From Escherichia phage PNJ1902, in the sequence record OK254197.1: a stretch of DNA of 64,000 nt. One strand, 5' to 3'. Under the pieces are notes generated by a model that was not told the DNA's origin, did not search any database, and saw nothing but the letters and a program-made list of their open reading frames with translations. How positions within the stretch are numbered: the first letter of the stretch is position 1; each line of letters begins with the position of its first letter. Positions 35,319 to 45,088 of this stretch are shown here, in pieces. Both the position numbers and the translations under genes were made by a program.

Positions 35319-35592
35319 CACGGTGCAGATTCCAGCAACTAAGGATGTTTTAACATTCCTACGTAGTGAGAATACCCAGTTTTGGCATGACTATATTCAG
35401 GAAAATAAAAATAATCCAGATGTAGTTGCCTTTGCCAAAAAACGTATCGAAGAATATAAAGATCCAGAGATTAAAGATGGGATGATTACTATGCAATTGT
35501 GGGTAGCCATGAATACGTTTGGACCCACTATGAGTCTAGGAGTTACTCCACTGTTTACTAATATTCTAATTAATGAAAAGGATCTGAAATGA
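35296..35592 (+). CDS. Hypothetical protein
   Basis: ORF track. Confidence 0.4.
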   Translation: MKRLNINSTVQIPATKDVLTFLRSENTQFWHDYIQENKNNPDVVAFAKKRIEEYKDPEIKDGMITMQLWVAMNTFGPTMSLGVTPLFTNILINEKDLK

Positions 35593-35873
35593 TTATCTCT
35601 CCATTTGCTCTTTGGTTCGTCATTGGATCTATAGTAGCTATTTACAGCTTGGTTGATGATCTGTATATTTCTAAGAATAAAGATGTAATATTATACGTTA
35701 TACATAAAACTCGACCGTTAGATCTGTCTCCTCTTGATGATAAAACATTACTCAGATGTGCTAGATCTATGATATTTATTGTGGATATTCTTCTAGGCCC
35801 AACATCTGTGTTTTTCTTTTATAGAAAAACTCGTAATATGAAAAAATTTAAAGCTGAAATGCAGAATACCTAA
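35589..35873 (+). CDS. Hypothetical membrane protein
   Basis: ORF track; hydrophobic N-terminus. Confidence 0.45.
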   Translation: MIISPFALWFVIGSIVAIYSLVDDLYISKNKDVILYVIHKTRPLDLSPLDDKTLLRCARSMIFIVDILLGPTSVFFFYRKTRNMKKFKAEMQNT

Positions 35874-35947
35874 AGAACTCGCGTAGGACCGAGTTGCGTC
35901 ACCTGCAACTGTTACGGATAAGGGAGTCGTGCCCCTTAGTGCGGTAA

Positions 35948-36328
35948 GTGGTGAGGTGGCTGCTAGCCCTAACTGGAGATAATATGACTATATTACTAAT
36001 TCTTGTTACAACCTGGTTTTTAATCAGTGCTGGATATGCGATAGCTATTATTAGACATTTGGATGAATATTCTGCTGAATGGTTTGTTAAGTATCTACGT
36101 ATTGATGATCAAGAACAGAAGTTTAAAGATGAAAAGCAGAAAAAAGCAGTAAATAATATGACAGCCAAAGAATACTTGTTCTACATGCGTATTGTAGGGT
36201 TCTTTGGACTATTAGTTGCTGGCCCAATTGGTTCCACCATTGCTCCATATAAGGAAACAGTTGCTGACATCAAATTGTGGAGAAATGCAGGGGTACTGCA
36301 CAAAGCTAGAAAAACTAATATTACATAA
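35948..36328 (+). CDS. Hypothetical membrane protein
   Basis: ORF track; two hydrophobic segments. Confidence 0.45.
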   Translation: MVRWLLALTGDNMTILLILVTTWFLISAGYAIAIIRHLDEYSAEWFVKYLRIDDQEQKFKDEKQKKAVNNMTAKEYLFYMRIVGFFGLLVAGPIGSTIAPYKETVADIKLWRNAGVLHKARKTNIT

Positions 36329-36372
36329 GATTGACACTAAGTCAACTTACTAGCAAAAGCAAATAATGACAA

Positions 36373-36412
36373 AGCCCAGCCTGCACTTTTGCGACTGGGC
36401 TATTTTTATAAT
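36373..36412 (+). terminator. Rho-independent terminator
   Basis: cccagcc...ctggg + TTTTT. Confidence 0.5.
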
Positions 36413-36422
36413 AAAATTTTAG

Positions 36423-36451
36423 TTGCTTAGATGCCCAAACTTTTGTATAAT
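36423..36451 (+). promoter_or_regulatory. sigma70-type early promoter (TTGCTT-17-TATAAT)
   Basis: Read from sequence. Confidence 0.55.
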
Positions 36452-36482
36452 ATGTTTATAGATTGAGGCAAGAGGATTAAAT

Positions 36483-37181
36483 ATGAGGATTATTTCTAAG
36501 TTCGCCGATGTGTATGATTTGCAGAACAGTTTGTTCGACCCAGATCGTGTGTGGGAACGTAAAACTGAGGAGTTACTGGTTAAAGTAACTGATGATGCAG
36601 AAAAGAACATTGTGCATACTCGCCAGGTATTTCGTGATGGTTCGCTATCTTTCCATGGTGATTTCGAATATTTTGTAAACCCACTATTTGTTGCAGGTGA
36701 AGTTTACTGGTTACACGAGCTGTACTGCTGGCATCCAGCATTTAGCTTCAAAACGTTTAATCTCGACACTATGTTCGATAAAATGGAAGAGATGGGATTG
36801 CATGCTCGCTCTTACTTAATGGATAAGAGTCGTGGAGATGTTCGTGAAACAATGCGTGATTTGCTCGCTGAAGCAAAACCTAAAGCAGAACGTATCTTAT
36901 CCGAACTGCGTGTACCGATTGCATATGTGAAAGGTATTAAAAAGAACGATAACGATGATGTTCGTAACTTCGTGATTCAGACTAACATTCGTTTCCATCA
37001 GTCAGGTATTCCGTGGCAGGAAATTGAAAGTAACTTATACCGTTTACACCAAGTTCTCGAACAGTATATCTTCGGTGTACTAGGAACTGGTGAGCCTGAT
37101 ATGATTAAAGTATCAGATAAAGACAGGTTAGCAGCGCATGGATTTGATACAAAAACTTCTTTCAGGAATATGGCACGGTAA
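36483..37181 (+). CDS. Hypothetical protein
   Basis: ORF track; AGAGGATTAAATATG. Confidence 0.55.
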   Translation: MRIISKFADVYDLQNSLFDPDRVWERKTEELLVKVTDDAEKNIVHTRQVFRDGSLSFHGDFEYFVNPLFVAGEVYWLHELYCWHPAFSFKTFNLDTMFDKMEEMGLHARSYLMDKSRGDVRETMRDLLAEAKPKAERILSELRVPIAYVKGIKKNDNDDVRNFVIQTNIRFHQSGIPWQEIESNLYRLHQVLEQYIFGVLGTGEPDMIKVSDKDRLAAHGFDTKTSFRNMAR

Positions 37182-37587
37182 GTGGTATATCCTGGGAGCA
37201 GGTCTAGCGATAGGCATCGGGTTCGGTGCTTATCACTTAGTAGATAGAGTGGAGACTTTAGCGGGAGATCTTGCAGTAGCTACTAAAAAGATCTCTTCTC
37301 TAGAGACTTCCCTTAATAAGGTGAAAGCTGAAAGCGAACTTCGTGAGACTAGAATGAATCAGTATTTCACAATGAATAATATTTCGCAAGCAGATCTAGA
37401 CAAAAAGATTAAGCAGCTAGATAAAGCTCTTAGTCGTCAAGATGTTATCGCTGCAAAGCCTGGATTGGTAACATTAATTGCTAAAAAGCAGAATAAAGAG
37501 TTCGAGGAAAGATTAGCATGTTTAACTGGAAACTTGGAGTACTGCTCGCAGCCACAATCACAATCACAGGCTGTGCAGAAGAAATAA
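37138..37587 (+). CDS. Membrane-anchored coiled-coil protein
   Basis: ORF track; N-terminal TM then coiled coil. Confidence 0.4.
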   Translation: MDLIQKLLSGIWHGKWYILGAGLAIGIGFGAYHLVDRVETLAGDLAVATKKISSLETSLNKVKAESELRETRMNQYFTMNNISQADLDKKIKQLDKALSRQDVIAAKPGLVTLIAKKQNKEFEERLACLTGNLEYCSQPQSQSQAVQKK

Positions 37588-37871
37588 AACCAGAGCCATC
37601 TCATGAGTTAAAGCAAGCTCATGTAGACTGGCCTAAAGGACTTCAACCTTGTAGCTTTGACTTTAAGTTTGAAAAGAAATTAGCTACAAATGGAGAAGAT
37701 GGCGTAGTAGTTGTTATACCATACAAAGATTGGAATGCAAAAGCAAAATGTGAGGAAGCAGTTTACTCTTACATTTCACGACTGACTGGTATGGTCTGCT
37801 TCTATCGTCAAGATTTACAAGAAAAACGTTGCTTAGTTTACTATCCACCCATTACAAATAGGAAAGATTAA
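37518..37871 (+). CDS. Putative lipoprotein (signal peptide + lipobox ITGC)
   Basis: MFNWKLGVLLAATITITGC... Confidence 0.4.
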   Translation: MFNWKLGVLLAATITITGCAEEIKPEPSHELKQAHVDWPKGLQPCSFDFKFEKKLATNGEDGVVVVIPYKDWNAKAKCEEAVYSYISRLTGMVCFYRQDLQEKRCLVYYPPITNRKD

Positions 37872-38623
37872 TGTCAGTATTAGTCGGTTTACATGGTGAA
37901 GCTGGTTCGGGAAAAGATACCGTTGCAAAATTAATTATCGATTGGTGTAATGACACATATCCAACGTGTTTATCACGTCGTTACAGTTTTGCTAAGCCCG
38001 TTTATGAACTTGCATCTGTAATCCTCGGTGTAACTCCAGAGTTTCTAGGAGAGCGCAAGGGAAAAGAGATTGACCAATGGTTTACGGTCACACAATCTCA
38101 ATTGGAGCGAGCCAGAGATGTGTGGTTTAAGTACGGTATCGATAAGTTTGAAGATTTCTCGTACGTTTGGCCTATTTTTGAGGAAAAATATCTTAATCCT
38201 CAACAACTTATCTCAGAGAGTAAAGAAGACGGACTTTATAGTTTATTTATTTCTCCGAGAAAAATGTTACAGCTCGTAGGGACAGAGCTAGGAAGGCAGC
38301 TGGTGCATGAACGCATTTGGCTCATAATTCTGGAGCAATCCATCGCTAAAGACGACCCAGATGTCGCCGTAATAACAGATGTTAGATTCCCCAATGAAGG
38401 AGAGTTACTCAGAGAAACAAACCATTTAGATATGGATTCTTTGATAGTAAATGTAGTGCCCGCTGAGCAGAAGTTCACTATTAAATCAGATCATCCATCT
38501 GAAAGTGGTATTCCTGCAAAATATATTACTCACGAATTAGTTAATAAATTCGATGGTATCAATAACCTTAAACTAGAAGTTTATAACTTCTGTGACTTAG
38601 AGCTAGAACCACTAGTTGGATAA
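37871..38623 (+). CDS. dnk: Deoxynucleoside monophosphate kinase
   Basis: N-terminal P-loop LHGEAGSGKDT typical of phage dNMP kinases; 250 aa. Confidence 0.65.
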   Translation: MSVLVGLHGEAGSGKDTVAKLIIDWCNDTYPTCLSRRYSFAKPVYELASVILGVTPEFLGERKGKEIDQWFTVTQSQLERARDVWFKYGIDKFEDFSYVWPIFEEKYLNPQQLISESKEDGLYSLFISPRKMLQLVGTELGRQLVHERIWLIILEQSIAKDDPDVAVITDVRFPNEGELLRETNHLDMDSLIVNVVPAEQKFTIKSDHPSESGIPAKYITHELVNKFDGINNLKLEVYNFCDLELEPLVG

Positions 38624-38635
38624 TCAAGGATCGCT

Positions 38636-39235
38636 ATGACTAATAAAAAAGAAGAAAAGACTAACCTGTTTCACTCCATTCGCCAATCTAATGAGTATAC
38701 CTTTTTCTTTGATGAAGAATTAGGCCCGCCGGATGAATACCGTGATTTATCAATGGTACTTATGCAGGCACATGAGGACGACGAAATTAATCTGATGATT
38801 AATGGCCCGGGTGGTTATGTTGATACTGCTGCACAGTTATCTAACTTAATTGCTAATTGCCGTGGAACAGTTATAGGACATCTGGTTGGTCCTAGTGCTT
38901 CTGCTTACTGCACAATTTTCCTATCCTGTCATGGATGGGTAGTACATCCACATGCTACGCTAATGGGACACACGTTCTCTGGCGGATTCTGTGAGAAGGG
39001 TCAAGAAATCAAGAAAGCCTATGAATCTTACAACAAGTTCGTAGAAGATATGATGTTAGATGTCTACTATCCGTTCTTCTCAATAGACGAAATCGACGAG
39101 ATGGTAAAAGACAACAAAAATATCTATCTAGATAGCAAAGAAATCCATAAGCGTATTGAAATCTTGGCAAAATATCGATCTGAGCAATATAATAAAGCCC
39201 AGTTACCTCAACCAGAAGAGCATAACGAAGGGTAA
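38636..39235 (+). CDS. ClpP-like serine protease domain protein, putative
   Basis: INGPGG...GPSASAYC...H pattern resembling the ClpP/S14 Ser-His region. Confidence 0.4.
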   Translation: MTNKKEEKTNLFHSIRQSNEYTFFFDEELGPPDEYRDLSMVLMQAHEDDEINLMINGPGGYVDTAAQLSNLIANCRGTVIGHLVGPSASAYCTIFLSCHGWVVHPHATLMGHTFSGGFCEKGQEIKKAYESYNKFVEDMMLDVYYPFFSIDEIDEMVKDNKNIYLDSKEIHKRIEILAKYRSEQYNKAQLPQPEEHNEG

Positions 39236-39242
39236 GTAATTT

Positions 39243-39275
39243 TAAGCCAGGGTTTAACGACCCTGGCTTTTCTTT
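39243..39275 (+). terminator. Rho-independent terminator
   Basis: agccagggtttaacgaccctggct + TTTT. Confidence 0.6.
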
Positions 39276-39391
39276 TATCTAAAATTCTTCTTGACAACGA
39301 CAAAATTTTATGCTCCAGAAGTGATCTTTAAAAACACATTGTAATTTTCCTCCAAAATTAGTATAATGGTACTGGTTAGAGGAGGTTACAA

Positions 39392-40048
39392 TTGGAAAAG
39401 TTCTTACAATTATTAACGGTACTGCTCCAAGAAGCGAAAGATCCAGCATCGCTTCTTAAACGTCTGCTAACTATCTTAGTTGCTGTCATTATTTTCTTAT
39501 TTGTTAGTAATACTAGTGAGGTGATGTCATTCTTAAAGACTTTCTCCACGTCTGCGGTTCTACAGGATGTTCAAACTCAAAGGATAGATAACTTTCCTAA
39601 TGTAGCTAGAGAAAAGAGCATGGTACTCTTTTCTCAAACGGGTGCGGATGCTGTTTTTGTCGTCAAGTATAAACCCGATGCCATTAATGATTATTCTAAC
39701 ATTATTGCATGGGAAAGCAATGCGCAATTAGATAGGGCTGACTTGGCCGATAAAGCGGTAAATAAAACGTCTGAGCTATATAGACGTCACTTGGAAGGCT
39801 TTAACTACGCATCGGATTTAAGTGTAAAAGTAAATAAATACATGGGGTTAAATATACCTGCGTTTAAGAACGTTACTTTTAATTACATATACACTTGTCC
39901 GTATTTCAATCTAAACAATATCTATGCTGGATATATTGGTATTGCTTGGAAAGATAATCCTGTAGATGCAGCCGATTCTGAGAAATTTAACGAGTATTTA
40001 ACAAAGCTCTGTTCCCCACAACAGAGATCTTTAGGTAGATCAATATGA
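39392..40048 (+). CDS. Holin (T5-type), putative
   Basis: 218 aa with TM segment LTILVAVIIFLFV, immediately upstream of and overlapping endolysin gene; TTG start after GAGGAGG. Confidence 0.5.
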   Translation: MEKFLQLLTVLLQEAKDPASLLKRLLTILVAVIIFLFVSNTSEVMSFLKTFSTSAVLQDVQTQRIDNFPNVAREKSMVLFSQTGADAVFVVKYKPDAINDYSNIIAWESNAQLDRADLADKAVNKTSELYRRHLEGFNYASDLSVKVNKYMGLNIPAFKNVTFNYIYTCPYFNLNNIYAGYIGIAWKDNPVDAADSEKFNEYLTKLCSPQQRSLGRSI

Positions 40049-40458
40049 GTTTTAAATTTGGTAAAAATAGCGAAAAACAATTAGCTACCGTTAAGCCAGA
40101 GCTACAAAAAGTAGCTCGTAGAGCTTTAGAATTATCTCCGTATGATTTCACGATCGTACAGGGTATTCGTACAGTAGCACAAAGTGCCCAGAATATCGCT
40201 AATGGTACTTCATTTTTAAAAGATCCTAGTAAAAGCAAGCATATTACTGGGGATGCACTTGATTTTGCTCCATACATTAATGGCAAAATTGATTGGAATG
40301 ATTTAGAAGCATTTTGGGCAGTTAAAAAGGCTTTTGAACAAGCTGGTAAAGAACTAGGCATTAAACTTCGCTTTGGTGCTGATTGGAATGCTTCGGGAGA
40401 TTATCATGATGAAATAAAACGTGGTACCTATGATGGCGGTCATGTCGAACTAGTTTAA
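40045..40458 (+). CDS. Endolysin, L-alanyl-D-glutamate peptidase (M15-like)
   Basis: 137 aa; H...D...H zinc ligand pattern (HITGDALDF ... GGHVE); size and position match T5 endolysin as I recall it. Confidence 0.65.
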   Translation: MSFKFGKNSEKQLATVKPELQKVARRALELSPYDFTIVQGIRTVAQSAQNIANGTSFLKDPSKSKHITGDALDFAPYINGKIDWNDLEAFWAVKKAFEQAGKELGIKLRFGADWNASGDYHDEIKRGTYDGGHVELV

Positions 40459-40471
40459 TTAATAACTTAGG

Positions 40472-40496
40472 CGGGAATATTCCCGCCTTTTTAGGC
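40472..40496 (+). terminator. Rho-independent terminator
   Basis: ggcgggaatattcccgcc + TTTTT. Confidence 0.6.
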
Positions 40497-40535
40497 AAAG
40501 GGGGCTTTAATAATTTTTGAAGATAGGAGAAAGCC

Positions 40536-40952
40536 ATGTTTGCAGAACTATTCACTATGATGCTGCTAGGTATCTGGAAAATAAGTCTAGTAGTATTCGT
40601 TTTAATGATAGTCTTTACTATCCTTGCATTAACTACCCGAAATAGCTTATTAATAAAGGTTATTCACGGACTAGAGTATATAATTATGGGTTCATTCGGC
40701 GTTTGTAAATGCAATTGCCATAGAGATACGAAATATTGTTGGTTATGGATGGAACTAGAGAATCCTATATCCATAGCTTTGGCTGTTTCATTCGGCATGA
40801 TTCTTATGGCCCTTACTCTAGCATTAATACCTTTGATGTTAGCTGGGGGAGTTACAGCGTATTTCACCCTTTTCTCCCCGATACTTATGTACTCAATTTA
40901 CCCAATAACTATGTATCTAGTTAGGAAAAGATTTATACATACAGTAGATTAA
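40536..40952 (+). CDS. Polytopic membrane protein
   Basis: ORF track; 3-4 hydrophobic segments. Confidence 0.5.
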   Translation: MFAELFTMMLLGIWKISLVVFVLMIVFTILALTTRNSLLIKVIHGLEYIIMGSFGVCKCNCHRDTKYCWLWMELENPISIALAVSFGMILMALTLALIPLMLAGGVTAYFTLFSPILMYSIYPITMYLVRKRFIHTVD

Positions 40953-40965
40953 GATAAAAAAGTAG

Positions 40966-40994
40966 TTGACTTTTAGCCCTAGTTATTATATAAT
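40966..40994 (+). promoter_or_regulatory. sigma70-type promoter (TTGACT-17-TATAAT)
   Basis: Read from sequence. Confidence 0.55.
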
Positions 40995-41027
40995 ATATAC
41001 ATAAATTAGTTAAGAGAGGTATATATT

Positions 41028-41459
41028 ATGTCTGATCGTTTCTATACTCAAATGGCGGAACATTTTCGTATACCACATTACGAGCTAAACATTGCACTCC
41101 GTGATCATGACTCTCCTGAGTACAAAAAGCTCGAAAAGAAAGCGGAAAAATCTATTGATACAAAGGTAGGTGCATCTATGTCTAAGGGCAAAAAGTTAAC
41201 TCGTCTTGATCTTAATAAAATTTTAACTGAACTTTTGGGTACTGATATTGAAGGTGCTAAATTACCGCTTCTTGTACTAGAGACTATGATTAAAAAGGTC
41301 AAAAATAAAGAGTATAAAAAGGTAGAAGTCCCAGAAGGCAGATTGAAGGCTCCTTATCAGGAAGCATTAACCGAGTGTTTGGGTGTAAATCTTGATCTAA
41401 GCACCGCAACCGTAAAAACTATGAAAAACTTCTTAGAGGCCATTAATAACTATGAGTAA
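41028..41459 (+). CDS. Hypothetical protein
   Basis: ORF track; GAGAGG RBS. Confidence 0.5.
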   Translation: MSDRFYTQMAEHFRIPHYELNIALRDHDSPEYKKLEKKAEKSIDTKVGASMSKGKKLTRLDLNKILTELLGTDIEGAKLPLLVLETMIKKVKNKEYKKVEVPEGRLKAPYQEALTECLGVNLDLSTATVKTMKNFLEAINNYE

Positions 41460-41742
41460 ATTAGTATATCTATTGAAAGGTTCCACTTGCAATCCTTGCA
41501 AAATGTTTGAGCCAGTATTTGATAAAGTAGTCAATGACTATAATTTGGAAATCCATAAAGAGACTGATAATACAGAATTAATGCAGAAATTTGGTGTGCG
41601 CCAAGTTCCTGTAGTAGTTCTGGCAGATCGCTTACCTAATGGTCGAGTAGAAGCTAATCATATTCTGATTGGACGTCAGCTTCGTAAAGAAACTATGCAC
41701 GAAGCTATTAAAAATTTCCTGGATGATAATCCAGAGGACTAA
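41452..41742 (+). CDS. Thioredoxin-fold protein (CxxC motif CNPC)
   Basis: STCNPCKMFEP...VRQVPVVV pattern typical of thioredoxin family. Confidence 0.5.
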   Translation: MSKLVYLLKGSTCNPCKMFEPVFDKVVNDYNLEIHKETDNTELMQKFGVRQVPVVVLADRLPNGRVEANHILIGRQLRKETMHEAIKNFLDDNPED

Positions 41743-41744
41743 TA

Positions 41745-41780
41745 AACAAAGCCTGATCTTAGCTGATCAGGCTTTTATTT
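41745..41780 (+). terminator. Rho-independent terminator
   Basis: agcctgatcttagctgatcaggct + TTTATTTT. Confidence 0.6.
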
Positions 41781-41783
41781 TAC

Positions 41784-41812
41784 TTGCTTTTTGCTAAAAA
41801 TTTTGGTATAAT
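41784..41812 (+). promoter_or_regulatory. sigma70-type promoter (TTGCTT-17-TATAAT)
   Basis: Read from sequence. Confidence 0.5.
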
Positions 41813-41839
41813 AATTATATAAATTGATTGGAGGATTAA

Positions 41840-42085
41840 ATGTTAGCGGAACAAGCAAAACGTTTAGCCAGGATAAATAGAGCTACACTCCTTAAGAGCA
41901 GAAAGAAACCATATAAATACGTTAAAAAGAGAATAGTTTCTTCTGTGGAGATTGGGGGTTCTTTTGTACAGTTTAATCGTGATGAAATTAGTTATGAAGC
42001 TATAAAAGCCCTATATAAAGAGGGTTATAATCTCCAACTATCTAATGATTATGGCACAACTATTTTAACTGTTATTTGGGAATAA
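41840..42085 (+). CDS. Hypothetical protein
   Basis: ORF track. Confidence 0.45.
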   Translation: MLAEQAKRLARINRATLLKSRKKPYKYVKKRIVSSVEIGGSFVQFNRDEISYEAIKALYKEGYNLQLSNDYGTTILTVIWE

Positions 42086-42087
42086 TT

Positions 42088-42951
42088 ATGAAAAAAGAAT
42101 TTAATGTACATAAAACTCTAGTAGTGCCGGATGACGCCAACTTGTTTTTCGTTGGTGATATTCATGGATGCAACGATTTACTAGAAGATGCGTTGAAATT
42201 AGCTGGGTATAATAGCAAAAAAGATTATGTAGTATGTGTTGGTGACTTAATTGACCGAGGCACACAAAACTTACAAGTTTTAGCCAAATTCCTGTATAAT
42301 CCACGTTTTATTAGTGTCCGTGGTAATCATGACCAATTTATGATTGTAGGAGATTGGGCTAATTGGATGTATAATGGTGGTATGTGGGCCATGAATGAAC
42401 TAGATGCAGACACCATTAAAAATATTGCCGAAGATATGGCTGAAAAAATGCCAGTATTCCTAACTGTTAGACATCGTGGTAAGAAATTTGGTGTTGTTCA
42501 CGGTGGTGTACCTTTTACATACAAAGAATGTGGTAATGAAGTAGAAACCCCAGTATGGGATAATCTTATTGCACAAGTAGAAGCAGCTAAGGAAGACCCA
42601 CATGACCATCCTGGATACCATATTGAACCATATTTATGGGATCGAGATGTAATCCAAGAAATAGGCTTCTACTTGTCCAAAAATAGTGAGGAACACCCGT
42701 ATTTCCAGCGTTATGCAGGATTTAAAGAAAAATACATGGTAGAAGTGCCAGAAGTTAAAGGTGTAGATTTCGTGTTTCACGGACATACTGGAGTTCCTTA
42801 CCCACTTCTTTATAAGAACCGTGTTTATCTTGATACTGGCGGTGTTTTCAACGGGCAGTTGACGGTTGCGCAAGTTAACGATGAAACTGGCAAAATCACC
42901 ACATTTACCACACTCCGGGAAGATAGCTGTGGTGTACAGAGGGTTCTTTAA
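42088..42951 (+). CDS. Ser/Thr protein phosphatase (calcineurin-like metallophosphoesterase)
   Basis: GDIHG, GDLIDRG, GNHD motifs. Confidence 0.7.
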   Translation: MKKEFNVHKTLVVPDDANLFFVGDIHGCNDLLEDALKLAGYNSKKDYVVCVGDLIDRGTQNLQVLAKFLYNPRFISVRGNHDQFMIVGDWANWMYNGGMWAMNELDADTIKNIAEDMAEKMPVFLTVRHRGKKFGVVHGGVPFTYKECGNEVETPVWDNLIAQVEAAKEDPHDHPGYHIEPYLWDRDVIQEIGFYLSKNSEEHPYFQRYAGFKEKYMVEVPEVKGVDFVFHGHTGVPYPLLYKNRVYLDTGGVFNGQLTVAQVNDETGKITTFTTLREDSCGVQRVL

Positions 42952-43472
42952 TGAAAGTTTGTTTTTGGAGTGATCTCCACTTGGGGCATGCAAATATTAC
43001 TAAATTCAGACCAATCTTCTCTACTATGGAAGAGCATGACGAATTTATTATGGATACTATTACATCCGTGAAAGATAAGCGTACAGTATTCTATATTTTA
43101 GGAGACGCATTTGTATCTAGAAATGGTTTGGAAAAGTTCGAAAAACTCTTTGGCAATGTTAGAACTACGTTAGTTTTGGGAAACCACGACTTAGAACGAG
43201 AAGGATTATCTTTCAAAGACTTAATAGGGGTTGTAGATAACGTACAATCACTAGTTAAGTATAAAAACTTCTGGCTTTCCCATGCTCCAATACACCATGG
43301 GGAGCTGAGGGGTAAGAAGAACTTACATGGGCATACTCACTTTGAGCTAATGGGGGATCCTCGTTATATTAACGTTTGTGTCGAGTATGCAAAATCACCA
43401 GTACGTCTGGAAGACATCATGAGTGGTAAGTATACCTCACATGATAAAACTAGCTGGATGTTAAATGTCTAA
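42951..43472 (+). CDS. Calcineurin-like metallophosphoesterase
   Basis: SDLHLGH, GD, GNHD, HGHTH motifs. Confidence 0.6.
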   Translation: MKVCFWSDLHLGHANITKFRPIFSTMEEHDEFIMDTITSVKDKRTVFYILGDAFVSRNGLEKFEKLFGNVRTTLVLGNHDLEREGLSFKDLIGVVDNVQSLVKYKNFWLSHAPIHHGELRGKKNLHGHTHFELMGDPRYINVCVEYAKSPVRLEDIMSGKYTSHDKTSWMLNV

Positions 43473-43580
43473 GTATATAGCTGAGGCTATTATTAAACGA
43501 ATCATACAAGCGATAGCAATACTTATAATCATTTGTATTGCTATTGGTACAGGATTAGGCATTTTAATTAAAAGTTTTAT

Positions 43581-43609
43581 TTGCTAAAATGCTTAAGTTT
43601 CTGTATAAT
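43581..43609 (+). promoter_or_regulatory. sigma70-type early promoter (TTGCTA-17-TATAAT)
   Basis: Read from sequence. Confidence 0.55.
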
Positions 43610-43639
43610 TACTTTATAAATTGATGAGAAGGAATCAAA

Positions 43640-44071
43640 ATGAACAAAGTTGATAAAGCTCTAGTTTTCGCAGCAGCAGATAAGTTTGAACAAGTTAAGG
43701 CAACTTTCCGAACCTTGTTCCAGTCTTACGTTCAGGATAAGTCTAATCCTATCTCTGAACGTTTGATGGTCTGGGAATGTCATGCTTGCAATGCCCTATT
43801 AATTGCGGATTATCGTAGCGATATAGATAAAGATCTGTGCGAAATTCTTATCGCTGAGGAGGCAGAACGTTATCAGTTAATCTCTTTCCAAGATTTGGCG
43901 GAGCATATCATTCCTGATGATCTTTGGGATAAATACTATGGGGATCCTGAAGATGAAGGAATGACTCCAGAAGCCTGTATTGAGCTAATCTGCAAAAATC
44001 ATCCTGAAATTGCAGAGAAATTTGAAAAAGTTTTTGCTTCTGAGTTCTCCGGCGTTGTTAACGATTGGTAA
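43640..44071 (+). CDS. Hypothetical acidic protein
   Basis: ORF track; GAAGGAATCAAAATG. Confidence 0.5.
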   Translation: MNKVDKALVFAAADKFEQVKATFRTLFQSYVQDKSNPISERLMVWECHACNALLIADYRSDIDKDLCEILIAEEAERYQLISFQDLAEHIIPDDLWDKYYGDPEDEGMTPEACIELICKNHPEIAEKFEKVFASEFSGVVNDW

Positions 44072-44088
44072 GTAATTAAAAAATTCAG

Positions 44089-44116
44089 TTGCTTTAAGCC
44101 TTAAAATTCTGTATAA
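44089..44116 (+). promoter_or_regulatory. sigma70-type promoter (TTGCTT-16-TATAAT)
   Basis: Read from sequence. Confidence 0.5.
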
Positions 44117-44131
44117 TAAGTTCATAAATTA

Positions 44132-44401
44132 ATGAGAGAGGAAATTCTAATGGAAAACATGACTAAAAACGAAATGGCTAACGTTCTGGCAATTCTCCTC
44201 GACATGCAGGGTTTTGAGGGTCAGCTCATGAAGATGTCTATTCCGGCAATGAAAAAGATGTATGATTCTCTAAATAAGAATGCTATGGCATTCAACCTCG
44301 CAAAACAGGAAGCACGTTTTGCGAAAGAACATCAGGCTACTGCTGAACGCCGTGCAGCATCTTTTGAGCGTGAAGTTAAGCAACTGAAAGGTAAGAAATA
44401 A
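44132..44401 (+). CDS. Hypothetical protein
   Basis: ORF track. Confidence 0.45.
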   Translation: MREEILMENMTKNEMANVLAILLDMQGFEGQLMKMSIPAMKKMYDSLNKNAMAFNLAKQEARFAKEHQATAERRAASFEREVKQLKGKK

Positions 44402-44565
44402 TGGAAAGAGTATCAATCTCAATACTGTCATTCCTTATAGGAATACTAATATATAATATAGTTGCTCTTAATGTACACTTAACTGAGGTAGACAAATCTC
44501 TCCATGAGTTAAATGTAGAAATGTGTAAATTAGTCCCGGATAACGAAAAATGTAGGGGTACTTAA
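44401..44565 (+). CDS. Small membrane protein (54 aa)
   Basis: Hydrophobic; below ORF-track cutoff; translationally coupled. Confidence 0.3.
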   Translation: MERVSISILSFLIGILIYNIVALNVHLTEVDKSLHELNVEMCKLVPDNEKCRGT

Positions 44566-44846
44566 TGTTAATTGAAATTCTTATTGGATTGCTAGTGCTT
44601 ATGACACTAGTAGCTATAGGTGGGATTATTGGTATTGTAAGCATACGAAAAAATATGGAGAGTATGCTTATTACTAATAGTGGACTTCATTGCCGCTTAA
44701 TAGAACAAGAACAAGATATTGAACTAGCGCAAAGACGCTCAGATATTCTAAAAGAAAAACTAAACAATATTGAAGCAATAGCTGGGAATACAAAATTACC
44801 TAATAAAGTAATGCGTGCACAGATAATTACGGAGATTAAAAAATGA
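44565..44846 (+). CDS. Small membrane protein
   Basis: ORF track; N-terminal TM. Confidence 0.45.
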   Translation: MLIEILIGLLVLMTLVAIGGIIGIVSIRKNMESMLITNSGLHCRLIEQEQDIELAQRRSDILKEKLNNIEAIAGNTKLPNKVMRAQIITEIKK

Positions 44847-45088
44847 TGATGTTTATTCTAGCGTTTTATCTAATTGTGGTTGGTGTACTGGTTACTAAGT
44901 ATCACACATGGGCACCAAAGAATGTTGTTAAGGTAGCTTTATTTGTTATTCCAGTTCCACTTATTATCTTTTCTATGCTACTGGTAATGTTAGTTGGTAA
45001 AGTAACAAAAACCGATATTAAACGAATTGCGGATGAATTGCAACAGTCTTGTGATATGGTAGAGGACATTCTTAAAGATGAAGCTTAA
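44843..45088 (+). CDS. Small membrane protein
   Basis: ORF track; two TM segments. Confidence 0.45.
   Translation: MMMFILAFYLIVVGVLVTKYHTWAPKNVVKVALFVIPVPLIIFSMLLVMLVGKVTKTDIKRIADELQQSCDMVEDILKDEA

Noticed and set aside
37138-37871. Membrane coiled-coil protein plus lipoprotein as an i-spanin/o-spanin pair
   Set aside because: They are about 1.5 kb away from the holin/endolysin cassette and the lipoprotein is larger than typical o-spanins; kept as hypothetical membrane protein and lipoprotein only
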